DNA from: Candidatus Uhrbacteria bacterium | Lineage (GTDB): Bacteria; Patescibacteriota; Patescibacteriia; UBA9934; GWF2-40-263 | Length of the DNA: 40,375 nt | NCBI GenBank assembly: GCA_016235605.1 | Contig: JACRJW010000078.1 | Location: 1 to 40,375, forward strand | Direction of reading: 5' to 3' | Part shown: positions 8,703 to 17,619 of the stretch, one piece after another | Layout of the letters: every line of letters begins with the position of its first letter | Position numbering within the stretch: position 1 is the stretch's first letter | The notes under the pieces: generated by a model | What the model saw: the letters and a program-made list of their open reading frames with translations, nothing else | Told to the model about the DNA's origin: nothing | Database searches by the model: none | Translations under genes and position numbers: made by a program

Positions 8703-9567
8703 GTACAGCAAACTCAATAATCGCACCGGCAATGTCCTGTCCCGTCACTCTCTCCAACTCTTTGAACCCAGGGTTTGAATTCACTTCCAGGAGCAGTGGT
8801 CCTTTCAACGAACGGATGAGATCTACGCCGGCGATGTCGAGATCGAATAATTTTGCTGCGCGAGTCGCCAGATCCTGTTCCTCGTTTGTGAGGTTCACGA
8901 TCGATCCTGTTCCTCCGTTGGACGTATTGGCACGGACGTCTCCTTCAGGCGCGGTTCGCTCCATGGTCGCGAGCACACGACCGCCCAAAACAAATACACG
9001 GAGATCTTTGTGCTGTGTCTGTCCGATGAACTCCTCGACGATCATAGGATTGCCGTCTCGTACTGCAAGATACTCTGCGATCGGCTGGAGCGTTTCTGCA
9101 TCCTGCGCGTAAAAAACGCCTTTGCCATGCGTCCCAAACGCAACTTTCAGGATCACAGGGAAGCCAATGTCCTGTGCGATCTTGAGGGCGCCCTGAGGAC
9201 CTCGACAGACTCCCCATCGAGGACACGGCAAACCCTGCTCAGCAAAAAACACATGTTGAGTGATTTTGTTTTTGGCCCAGGCAAAACTCGGGGACGCGTT
9301 GATGACTTTGTAGCCGGCACTCACAAGCATCTGCACGGCGTACGTTCGCAAACTCGGTTCCTCGATAAAGTTGGGACGAGAGATGATGACGTCTAGGCGT
9401 GGGAGTGGTTGGTTCTGGTGGAGGATGTGTCCTTCCGTGAACGACAAATACGGCTCGTAGATTTTCACAAGCTGATGACCACGGGAAGCAGCCGCCGTCT
9501 CAAAACGGTCAGCGCCGGTGTATTGTTCCTGTGAGGGATCAGAGAAGATGAGGAGTCCTATGGTCAT
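8695..9567 (-). CDS. RimK-family ATP-grasp alpha-L-glutamate ligase
   Basis: FPVILK, GTHGKGV, EEFI, DLRVFVLG, RANTSNGG, AGVDLI, LLEVNSNPG motifs. Confidence 0.92.
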   Translation of the reverse strand: MTIGLLIFSDPSQEQYTGADRFETAAASRGHQLVKIYEPYLSFTEGHILHQNQPLPRLDVIISRPNFIEEPSLRTYAVQMLVSAGYKVINASPSFAWAKNKITQHVFFAEQGLPCPRWGVCRGPQGALKIAQDIGFPVILKVAFGTHGKGVFYAQDAETLQPIAEYLAVRDGNPMIVEEFIGQTQHKDLRVFVLGGRVLATMERTAPEGDVRANTSNGGTGSIVNLTNEEQDLATRAAKLFDLDIAGVDLIRSLKGPLLLEVNSNPGFKELERVTGQDIAGAIIEFAVQK

Positions 9568-9568
9568 A

Positions 9569-10627
9569 TCACTTTGCCATGGGGACACGCTGTGCGGCGA
9601 CAGGGTTCATTGCGTCGCGGTCGCTGAGGGCATCATGGAGCAGTCCGTCCAGCAGGATCTCGTTTAGAATTTCATGGACGGCTTCCACGTTTTCCGTCGT
9701 GTGCAGTCTCTCTTTGAATGGTCGCGCTCCTGGCACGCCACGGAAGTACCACGAGAGGTGTTTACGGAAGGTTTTGATTCCGGCAGGACCATATTGTTCG
9801 AGGTGATAGGCAAGGTGAGCCTTGATCACACGGATACGTTCCTCAAGCGTCACCTGAGTTGGGATCTTTCCCTGAAGGACGTCCGCGATCTGGGAAAAGA
9901 TCCAAGGGTTGCCCAGCGCTCCGCGGGCGATGAGGACGCCATCGGTTTTGGTTTGATTGAGCGCGCTCAGTGTCAATGGTGCCGAGTGGATGTCCCCGTT
10001 CCCGAGCACGGGAATCGAAAGCGTCGACTTCAATTCACCGATGAGGTTCCAATCAGACTGTCCTGAGTAGCCTTGGGTTTTTGTGCGGCCATGGATGGTG
10101 ATCATGTCGGCACCCGCGTCCTCGATCACTTTGGCAAACGCAAAACACTCACGAGGATCATCCCAGCCCGTGCGGATCTTGATCGAGAGCGGGACCATGA
10201 TCGCGGCTTTCATTTTTTTGATAATCTTGGTGGCGAGCTCAGGCTCCCGCATCAGCGCCGCGCCGTTGAAGTTGTGGACGATTTTGTAGACGGGACAGCC
10301 CATGTTCACGTCAAAGCCTTCTGGATGGTGCTCGGCCTCGATGATGCGCGCGGCTTCCGCCATCGTGTCAGGATCTGAACCGAACAACTGTTGCACGATA
10401 GGACGTTCATCTGGATGAATGTTGGTCATCGTGATCGTTTTGTTGTTTCTGCGGACGACGGCTTCAGAACTCACCATCTCTCGAAACACAATAGGAGAGG
10501 TGGAAAAGGTGGATACGGAACGCACCGTACGACAAAACGCCGAGTCGGTCATGTCGGCCATCGGCGAGAGGGCGATGATAGGGCGGGGGAGTGATTTCCA
10601 ATCCAGTTCCATAAACGGGGAGAGCAT
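9569..10627 (-). CDS. dusB: tRNA-dihydrouridine synthase (DusB family)
   Basis: LSPMADMTD, QLFGSDP, DVNMGCP, GAALM, IHGRT, GNGDI, ARGALGNPWIF, RKHLSWY. Confidence 0.95.
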   Translation of the reverse strand: MLSPFMELDWKSLPRPIIALSPMADMTDSAFCRTVRSVSTFSTSPIVFREMVSSEAVVRRNNKTITMTNIHPDERPIVQQLFGSDPDTMAEAARIIEAEHHPEGFDVNMGCPVYKIVHNFNGAALMREPELATKIIKKMKAAIMVPLSIKIRTGWDDPRECFAFAKVIEDAGADMITIHGRTKTQGYSGQSDWNLIGELKSTLSIPVLGNGDIHSAPLTLSALNQTKTDGVLIARGALGNPWIFSQIADVLQGKIPTQVTLEERIRVIKAHLAYHLEQYGPAGIKTFRKHLSWYFRGVPGARPFKERLHTTENVEAVHEILNEILLDGLLHDALSDRDAMNPVAAQRVPMAK

Positions 10628-10666
10628 AGTCGCTTTTTTGTTTTTCATCAAGTATAATCGGCTTAC

Positions 10667-11053
10667 ATGGAAAAAAATACATCCGCCTATTATCTGTACG
10701 GCGCGGCCGCGCTGGTCGTGGTTGGCTTGCTGGCTTTTGCCGTGACAAGAGAATCCGCCCCGTCACCCTACGACGGTTTTGCTCAGTGTCTCTCCGACAG
10801 CGGTATTAAAATGTACGGCGCGTGGTGGTGCCCGCATTGCCAGAATCAAAAAAAGCTTTTTGGAAATTCGTTTGACTTTGTGATCTACGTTGAGTGCTCC
10901 AACGCGGACAAGTCCATGAACCAAACGTGTCAAGACGCTGGGATCGAGGGCTATCCGACGTGGGAACTTGATGATGGAACACGATTGGGTGGCGAGCAGA
11001 GTCTTGAAACGCTCGCGGAACAATCCGGCTGTAAGTTGCCGGCGACGGAATAG
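10667..11053 (+). CDS. Membrane-anchored thioredoxin-like protein (VKOR partner)
   Basis: N-terminal TM helix; YGAWWCPHC; YVEC; GIEGYPTW with cis-Pro loop. Confidence 0.9.
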   Translation: MEKNTSAYYLYGAAALVVVGLLAFAVTRESAPSPYDGFAQCLSDSGIKMYGAWWCPHCQNQKKLFGNSFDFVIYVECSNADKSMNQTCQDAGIEGYPTWELDDGTRLGGEQSLETLAEQSGCKLPATE

Positions 11054-11056
11054 ACT

Positions 11057-11494
11057 ATGGGAAACAAACGGATCGTCATGGCGCTCTTCGTCCTCGCCCT
11101 CATCGGAATTGGACTTTCGACGTACTCCCTCCTGCACAATCAAGGGTTTGCTTCTGGGGTGTTTTGCACGATCGGGGAAAAGTTGAATTGCGACGTGGTG
11201 AATAAAGGACCTTACTCGGTCATGCTGGGCGTGCCCGTGGCGCTCATCGGGGTCATCGGTTATCTGTTTCTCGTTGCGGCAGCCGGACTGAAGCTCAAAA
11301 ATCCTACAGATAAAAGTCTCACGAAGTTCCTCACGCTCTCATCGATCGGCGGGTTTCTCTTCGCACTGTATCTCAGCGGCATCGAAGCGTTTATTTTGGA
11401 AACGTGGTGTCTCGTCTGTCTCACCTCACAAGTAACGATTTTCGCCATCATGATCCTGTCTCTTTTGCTCCTACATAAAGAAAATAGGTTGTAG
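11057..11494 (+). CDS. Vitamin K epoxide reductase (VKOR) family protein
   Basis: Four TM segments, loop Cys pair (FC...NC), LGVPVA motif, WCLVC active site. Confidence 0.92.
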   Translation: MGNKRIVMALFVLALIGIGLSTYSLLHNQGFASGVFCTIGEKLNCDVVNKGPYSVMLGVPVALIGVIGYLFLVAAAGLKLKNPTDKSLTKFLTLSSIGGFLFALYLSGIEAFILETWCLVCLTSQVTIFAIMILSLLLLHKENRL

Positions 11495-11534
11495 TCATTC
11501 GAATCCCTAATACCTACTCCCTACAACTTCATTT

Positions 11535-12932
11535 ATGAAACTCACATTTCACGGCGCGGCAAGGGAAGTGACAGGCTCATGCCATCAAGTCGAAGTACAA
11601 GACGCGAACGGTAAAACGCATCAGTATTTGTTTGACTGCGGGATGTTTCAAGGTGAGCACATGTGTGGAAGCAAAAATAAAGATCACTTCAAGTTTGATC
11701 CAGCGATGATTGAAGCCGTGTTTGTCTCGCATCCGCACGCCGATCACACCGGACGTCTGGCAAAGATCGTGAGCGAAGGGTTCAGAGGGCCGATTTACAT
11801 GGTTGAGCCGTGCGTGGGTTTGTCAAAACTGGTCCTGGAGGACGCGCATCACATCATGAAAGAGGAAGCCGAGAAATGTGGGAGCGAGATGTTGTACGAG
11901 ATGGAAGACGTGAATCGGGCCTTTGAACAAGTAAAGGCTGTGAGTTATCACGAACATCTGCAAGTCGCGCCCGGCATCGTGGTGATGTTTCACGAGGCGG
12001 GACACGTGCTTGGGTCCGCTTATATCTCGATCGATGCACCCGCCGACGCTTACGCCTTGGCGGGCAGGGAGGGAAAGCGACTCGTGTACTCAGGGGACAT
12101 CGGCAACGACAACGTGCCGATCCTGCCTGACACAGAACCCATGTCTCACGCGGACGTCGTGATCTGTGAATCAACCTACGGCCACCGCGAGCACGAGCCG
12201 ATCGAGCAACGTTCACGCCTCTTGAAGGAAGCCATAGTGCACATCATCCATGATCGTGGTGTGCTCATGATCCCCGCGTTTTCGATCGAGCGGACGCAAG
12301 AGCTGCTCTATGAGATCGACCAGTTGCTGCAAAAAGATTTGAAGACAAAAATCCCTATTTTCCTTGATAGTCCCATGGCGATTCGGGCGACCGAGCTGTA
12401 TCGCCAGTATCAAAATTATTTGAAGTTTGACGCACCGCTCGTCGCCCAGCCAGATAGGGATTTTTTTAGCTTCCCAAATTTGCGGGAGACGTTCAGCCGC
12501 GAGGAATCAAAAACGATCAACGACACGACGCCGCCCATGATCATCATCGCCGGGTCTGGCATGATGTCAGGCGGGCGCATCATGCACCACTTGCGTCGGT
12601 ATCTGCCGGACCACAAAAATCGTCTGCTCATCATCGGGTATGTTGCGAAAGGGACATTGGGTCGGCGCATTTATGAAGGTGCCAAGCAAGTGAAAATTTT
12701 TGGTGACGACATCCCTGTCCATGCCCATGTGAGCGCGATCGGCGCCTTCTCCGCCCACGGTGACATGAACAAACTCACGCGCTGGCTACGACCTGAGGAT
12801 GGCAAGGTTCCAAAGAAGATTTTTCTCGTCCACGGGGATCCAGAAGCCAAAGAAGTTTTCGCCACGCATCTGCGGCACACGTTTGGAACTGAGGTGGTGA
12901 TCCCCGAGTATCAGAGTACATACGAGGCTTGA
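11535..12932 (+). CDS. MBL-fold beta-CASP ribonuclease
   Basis: GAAREVTGSC, DCGMFQG, SHPHADHTG, AGHVLGS, SGDIG, ESTYG, FSAHGD, VHGD. Confidence 0.93.
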   Translation: MKLTFHGAAREVTGSCHQVEVQDANGKTHQYLFDCGMFQGEHMCGSKNKDHFKFDPAMIEAVFVSHPHADHTGRLAKIVSEGFRGPIYMVEPCVGLSKLVLEDAHHIMKEEAEKCGSEMLYEMEDVNRAFEQVKAVSYHEHLQVAPGIVVMFHEAGHVLGSAYISIDAPADAYALAGREGKRLVYSGDIGNDNVPILPDTEPMSHADVVICESTYGHREHEPIEQRSRLLKEAIVHIIHDRGVLMIPAFSIERTQELLYEIDQLLQKDLKTKIPIFLDSPMAIRATELYRQYQNYLKFDAPLVAQPDRDFFSFPNLRETFSREESKTINDTTPPMIIIAGSGMMSGGRIMHHLRRYLPDHKNRLLIIGYVAKGTLGRRIYEGAKQVKIFGDDIPVHAHVSAIGAFSAHGDMNKLTRWLRPEDGKVPKKIFLVHGDPEAKEVFATHLRHTFGTEVVIPEYQSTYEA

Positions 12933-12936
12933 GACA

Positions 12937-12965
12937 TTGACTCAGCAAGACCATCATGTTATACC
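12937..12965 (+). promoter_or_regulatory. Sigma70 promoter of the tRNA(CAT)-metG unit
   Basis: TTGACT-17-TATACC with TG extension; followed by leader hairpin ACCTGACGT...ACGTCAGGT (12969-12999). Confidence 0.65.
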
Positions 12966-13010
12966 GTCACCTGACGTCCAAGGCGGTCAAACGTCAGGTT
13001 GATGGATTCT

Positions 13011-13088
13011 GGCACGTTAGCTCAGTGGCTCTAGAGCGAAAGACTCATAATCTTTAGGTCACCGGTTCAAATCCGGTACGTGCCACCA
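13011..13088 (+). tRNA. tRNA with CAT anticodon (elongator Met, or Ile2)
   Basis: GGCACGT acceptor with G1-C72 paired (not initiator); AAAGA-CTCATAA-TCTTT; GGTTCAAATCC; ACCA end. Confidence 0.93.
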
Positions 13089-13159
13089 CTCTTCGGAGGA
13101 CGCCACCATCTGGAGGTGCCCCATTTCCTCACCGTCTACTTTCACCCATGGAGACAGGC

Positions 13160-14833
13160 ATGTCTCGAGAGATCTACATCGGTTCTGCTTGGCCCTACGT
13201 CAATGGGCCTCTGCACCTGGGTCACGTGGCGGCGCTTTTGCCCGCAGACGTGATTGCCCGTTACCATCGTCTGGTCGGTGACCGCGTGCTATGGACCTCG
13301 GGGTCCGACTGCCACGGCACGCCGATCACCGAACGCGCACGCAAAGAAGGCCGTACTCCCCGCGAAGTGGCGAAGGAGTTCCACGACGTCATTTCCCACA
13401 CGTTCGATCGTTTGGGATTTTCTTACTCGCTCTACTGGGCGACGATGGAGTCCGAGCACATCTCGTACGTTCAGGAAAGCTTCCGCATGTTGTATGATCT
13501 GGGCCTCATCATTGAGGACGACTACCAACATGCGTACTGTGCGCTGTGTCAGGATACCCGCACGGATCGCGAGATTACGGGTCGGTGTCCGCACTGTGGA
13601 AACGATGCACGCGGTGATCAGTGCGACACATGCGGGGAAGTGCTGAACCCCAGTGAGCTCAAGAACCCGGTGTGCTCCAAGTGTGCAGGCGCCATCACCT
13701 TCGAGATCACGCGCGAACTTTTCTTCGACCTGCCGGCGGTCGAGACGCGATTGCGCGAGTGGGTCACCACGCAAACGCACTGGCGCGACAACGCCAAGAG
13801 TTGGACGCAAGGGTGGCTCGATCAAGGCCTCAAGCCCCGCGCGATTACCCGGAAGATCAACTGGGGCATTCCTGTCCCTCTTCCTGGTTGGGAGGATCGG
13901 CGGATCTATGTCTGGTTCGAGGCTGTGCACGGGTACTGGACGGCGAGCCGGCAATGGGCGGTTGCACAGAACTCAAATTCGGAATCCTGGCGTCCGTTCT
14001 GGGACGCGGACAACCCGAATCTTCTCACCTACTACGTCATCGGCAAGGACAACATTCCGTTCCACACTCTGATGTGGCCAGCGATCCTCATCGCTGAGAG
14101 GCGTGCCCTTCCATGGCAGATTGTCGCAAGCGAGTACCTCGTGTTTGAGGATCGCAAGCTCTCAACCTCCAAGGGGTGGGTGCTCTGGGCGGATGACGCG
14201 CTTGACCGCTACGATCCGGATTTTCTTCGCTACTTCCTGATCGCACACGGTCCCGAACATCGCGATACGAACTTCACCTGGGATCGATTCGCTCTGTCCG
14301 TAAACGGCGAGTTGATCGACAACTACGGCAACTTGGTACAGCGCGTACTCTCCTTCGCCAGCAAGCGGTTCGACGGGAAGGTGCCGCTGGCGTTTGAACT
14401 CGACGAACGGGACGAGCAGATGCTCAACCGTGCGGACAACACTTTCGCGCAGGTGGGCAGTGCGATTGAACGCACGGAGTTCAAGCAAGCCCTTGAGATG
14501 ATCATGGCGCTCGTGAGAAGCGCGAATCAGTACCTGAACGACGCTGCGCCCTGGACGCAGATCAAGACTGACGCGGTGCGCGCGGGGACGACGGTCGCTG
14601 TGGCACTGAACGTGATCATGGCACTTTCAATCCTGACCGAGCCGTTCCTGCCGTTTCAGGCAAAGCGGGTGCGTTCCATGCTTCCGATGGCGGACGAGGA
14701 CTTCCGCTGGGCGATGCCTTTGCTCAAGACCGGCGTCCCATTTGGTGACGTACAGACACTCTTCACCAAGATCGAACCCTCCATAATCGAAGAGGAACAT
14801 CGACGTCTGGAGGCTCAGCTCAAGGGACTCTGA
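13160..14833 (+). CDS. metG: Methionine--tRNA ligase (two zinc knuckles, no C-terminal tRNA-binding domain)
   Basis: AWPYVNGPLHLGH, four CxxC pairs, WGIPVP, YVWFEA, IGKDNIPFH, KLSTS; GGAG SD before ATG 13160 (alternative start 13148). Confidence 0.97.
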   Translation: MSREIYIGSAWPYVNGPLHLGHVAALLPADVIARYHRLVGDRVLWTSGSDCHGTPITERARKEGRTPREVAKEFHDVISHTFDRLGFSYSLYWATMESEHISYVQESFRMLYDLGLIIEDDYQHAYCALCQDTRTDREITGRCPHCGNDARGDQCDTCGEVLNPSELKNPVCSKCAGAITFEITRELFFDLPAVETRLREWVTTQTHWRDNAKSWTQGWLDQGLKPRAITRKINWGIPVPLPGWEDRRIYVWFEAVHGYWTASRQWAVAQNSNSESWRPFWDADNPNLLTYYVIGKDNIPFHTLMWPAILIAERRALPWQIVASEYLVFEDRKLSTSKGWVLWADDALDRYDPDFLRYFLIAHGPEHRDTNFTWDRFALSVNGELIDNYGNLVQRVLSFASKRFDGKVPLAFELDERDEQMLNRADNTFAQVGSAIERTEFKQALEMIMALVRSANQYLNDAAPWTQIKTDAVRAGTTVAVALNVIMALSILTEPFLPFQAKRVRSMLPMADEDFRWAMPLLKTGVPFGDVQTLFTKIEPSIIEEEHRRLEAQLKGL

Positions 14834-14841
14834 CAACGTAT

Positions 14842-14869
14842 CCGGACACCACTCGTGTCCGGTTTTTTT
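14842..14869 (+). terminator. Intrinsic terminator of metG
   Basis: CCGGACAC-CACTC-GTGTCCGG followed by T7. Confidence 0.85.
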
Positions 14870-14903
14870 AATAAAATCCCTGACATGAGGTCAGGGGAGA
14901 AGA

Positions 14904-16256
14904 TTATCGGCCGGCGATGAGATGCTCGACCAGTGCGTTGATGCCGCCCTTTTCGAAGACGGCGAGTTTGCGGTGCGCCGGCGAGGTCGAGTCCAGAACG
15001 CGTTGCTTAAGAGGCGCGAGCAGAACTTCCTCGCCCAGACCGCGATATCGAAGACCTTCATCGGCGAGAGTGAGAACATGGTGTGCCGCTTTGGCAAGCG
15101 TCGGTGACCGCAGGCCCTGCATGAGAGCCGTCCTCTGCAGCGCCCGCCAGTCCTGATGCGTCTTGGACGAACGGACGAACGCGAGGGCGTTCTCGAGATT
15201 TTCGACGAGGCCGAGCGCCAGGGCGTCGGAAGCCACGGCGTCCTTGTTCTGACAGCTTGGGCGTACTTCGATGGTTCCGAAGGTGACGCGTGCTCGCGCC
15301 TGCCACCAGACCGTTCCTTCATGGTTGAGGTATGCGTTGCGCTTCTTTGGTTCCGAGAGGTTTCCGTTCTCCCGCGCGGACCAGTTCATGAACGACGCTC
15401 CCGGACTTTCGACTGACCGGCCATGAACGCGCACGATGAACGGCGCGTTGATCAGGAACTCCGCGAGTTCGGCGAAGGACGAAGGGGCTTGTTCCGTGCG
15501 AGCCGCTCCATTGGAGGAAGGCGGACCACACAGCACGTTGTCCCAGTAACCGTGATCGACGGTGAATCGGTACCAGGCATCCTGGCGTGTTGCCAGCATC
15601 CCCTCCGGATCCGGTTGACCCGCCCAGACAGGCGAGTTTGCGTTCAATGCGATGAACACGGCAGAAAGAGCGAGGAACATTTCCAAGACGGGGACGACCT
15701 CGTCGCGGGTGACATCGATGTGCACCTGCGAAGAGGCGGTGAGCGTGTTCATGTGAACCGTGGGAGGGAACAGACGGCGGAAGATTTCTCCGCGCCCTTT
15801 GGGTGCCCAGAGTTTTTCCGAAGGGAACGTCCTGGGCTGGATGGCGTAGTCCTGAAGCCGGAAGAAGCCGTGATCCGCCAGGCGACCGTCCAGGAAGCCG
15901 AGGATGTCTGCGCGCACGCCGACATGATTGAACAGGTTCCCCACATGCGGGAAGCCGATCTCGAGCGTCCCGTAGCCGACATCCATGCCGACTTCCAGAT
16001 CGTTTCGATGTACACCGACCGTCGCTCCAGTTACTGCGTCTTGCTTAGGTTTCCAACCGTCCTTCATGAGGTCATGAAAGAGTGGTGAGATGTCCACGGC
16101 GTATCCTTGAGCATCAACGACGATGAATTCCTCCTCGGGTCCCGTGTGACGGGGTCCGAAGAGTTCAGTCGGGAACGCCCCTTCGATGAGCTGCTGGACG
16201 AATGTGCGGACAGGCTGCGTATGAGCGGTTGAATCCACTTGGTTTTCTCCATCCAT
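14904..16256 (-). CDS. Glutamate--cysteine ligase family 2 (GCS2/EgtA-like) carboxylate-amine ligase
   Basis: GPEEEFIVVD, LEIG, TASSQVHID, ANSPVWAG, WWQAR..FGTIEVR motifs. Confidence 0.85.
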   Translation of the reverse strand: MDGENQVDSTAHTQPVRTFVQQLIEGAFPTELFGPRHTGPEEEFIVVDAQGYAVDISPLFHDLMKDGWKPKQDAVTGATVGVHRNDLEVGMDVGYGTLEIGFPHVGNLFNHVGVRADILGFLDGRLADHGFFRLQDYAIQPRTFPSEKLWAPKGRGEIFRRLFPPTVHMNTLTASSQVHIDVTRDEVVPVLEMFLALSAVFIALNANSPVWAGQPDPEGMLATRQDAWYRFTVDHGYWDNVLCGPPSSNGAARTEQAPSSFAELAEFLINAPFIVRVHGRSVESPGASFMNWSARENGNLSEPKKRNAYLNHEGTVWWQARARVTFGTIEVRPSCQNKDAVASDALALGLVENLENALAFVRSSKTHQDWRALQRTALMQGLRSPTLAKAAHHVLTLADEGLRYRGLGEEVLLAPLKQRVLDSTSPAHRKLAVFEKGGINALVEHLIAGR

Positions 16257-16279
16257 TCGGGTTCAAAGACGCGAGTTCT

Positions 16280-16347
16280 ATTGTAGTCACCCATAAAATA
16301 AGTGTCAATTCTGAACGCTTGACACTTTTTTATCCCTCCATTAACCT
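16280..16347. promoter_or_regulatory. Back-to-back sigma70 promoters for the GCS2 ligase and metK
   Basis: Minus strand TTGACA(16308)-17-TACAAT(16285); plus strand TTGACA(16319)-17-TAACCT(16342). Confidence 0.8.
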
Positions 16348-16408
16348 TCCCATGTCCGATATTCCGTCGGATGTTCGTCAACAATCAAGGCCAATTTCAG
16401 GAGTTACA

Positions 16409-17530
16409 ATGCCCCCTGACGACATGATGTCCGAGATGTCCATGGTTTGCCCTCTTCGCGGTGGTCACATCACCGTCGAGTCGGTCGGTCCTGGTCATCC
16501 CGACAAGGTGTGTGACCAGATCAGCGATGCCGTACTCGACGCGGCGCTCGCCGGCGATCCAAACTCGCGGGTGGCCATCGAGTCCACCGGCAAGAGCCGG
16601 ATCAAGCTCATCGGCGAGATGACCACGAACTCGGAGATCGATCTTCCGGAACTCGCGATGCGGGTCCACCGCGAGATCGGCTACCGCGACGACGAGGTTG
16701 GAGGCGTGGACGTGGACATCGTCAAGCAGTCGGGTGACATCGCCCAGGGCACCAATCTGAAGGTGAAGGGTGCCGGCGATCAGGGCATCATGGTGGGCTA
16801 CGCCGTGGATACCCCGGACTTCGACTACATGCCGATCGCCTACACGCTCGCGCGCCGTCTCATCCAGCGCCTCGACGCGGTTCGAAACGCCAGAACCCTG
16901 ACGTTCCTGCGTCCGGACTGCAAGTCGCAGGTGGTGATGCGCAACGGCAAGGTCGAGCGGGTGACCATCGCGACCCAGCACACCGCGGATGTGGAACTCG
17001 ACGAACTCCGCGAAGCGGTGCACCGCGAGATCATCGTTCCGGTGGTGGGCGACATCCCGTTCGACCCCCGCCAGATCAACGGCACGGGCCGGTTCGTGAA
17101 CGGATCCTTCGCGGCCGACGCGGGGGTCACCGGTCGCAAGATCGTCGTCGACCAGTACGGCCCGTGGGTTCCCGTGGGCGGCGGCGCCTTCTCCGGCAAG
17201 GATCCGAGCAAGGTCGATCGCACGGCCGCCTACATGGCGCGTCACATCGCCAAGACCATCGTCATGCGCAAGATGGCGACGGAGGCGGTGATCCACTTCG
17301 CCTTCACGATCGGCCTCACCGAGCCCGATTCGGTGGGTGTGCGCGTGTTCGGCGCCGAGGATCCCGAGTTCAACTTCGAGAACTGGATCCGCGACAACTT
17401 CCCGCTCTCTCCCGGCGGCATGATCGAGTACCTCGGCCTCACCAAGCCCGAGGGGTGGAGCTACCAGTCGGCCGCGTCCTACGGCCACTTCGGTCGCCCC
17501 GAGTTCCCCTGGGAGAAGGTGACCGTCTAG
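16409..17530 (+). CDS. metK: S-adenosylmethionine synthetase
   Basis: ESVGPGHPDKVCDQISD, GAGDQG, RPDCKSQV, GVTGRKI, GGGAFSGKDPSKVDR, YGHFGR; AGGAG SD before ATG 16409. Confidence 0.96.
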   Translation: MPPDDMMSEMSMVCPLRGGHITVESVGPGHPDKVCDQISDAVLDAALAGDPNSRVAIESTGKSRIKLIGEMTTNSEIDLPELAMRVHREIGYRDDEVGGVDVDIVKQSGDIAQGTNLKVKGAGDQGIMVGYAVDTPDFDYMPIAYTLARRLIQRLDAVRNARTLTFLRPDCKSQVVMRNGKVERVTIATQHTADVELDELREAVHREIIVPVVGDIPFDPRQINGTGRFVNGSFAADAGVTGRKIVVDQYGPWVPVGGGAFSGKDPSKVDRTAAYMARHIAKTIVMRKMATEAVIHFAFTIGLTEPDSVGVRVFGAEDPEFNFENWIRDNFPLSPGGMIEYLGLTKPEGWSYQSAASYGHFGRPEFPWEKVTV

Positions 17531-17556
17531 TCGTTCGACTTCCGTCGAATGGACTC

Positions 17557-17587
17557 CCGAGTGTGAAAGCACTCGGTTTTTTATTTG
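17557..17587 (+). terminator. Intrinsic terminator of metK
   Basis: CCGAGTGT-GAAA-GCACTCGG followed by TTTTTTATTT. Confidence 0.85.
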
Positions 17588-17619
17588 CCTTTCCTGCGGT
17601 CGCATCCTACACTGACTGC

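Noticed and set aside
12966-13159. T-box leader for metG (also checked before cysS and gatC)
   Set aside because: No T-box consensus (GGTGGNACCGCG) or specifier stem seen
16348-16408. SAM riboswitch upstream of metK
   Set aside because: The leader is only about 55 nt and lacks recognisable SAM-I or SAM-II consensus elements; an Rfam scan would be needed to exclude rarer classes
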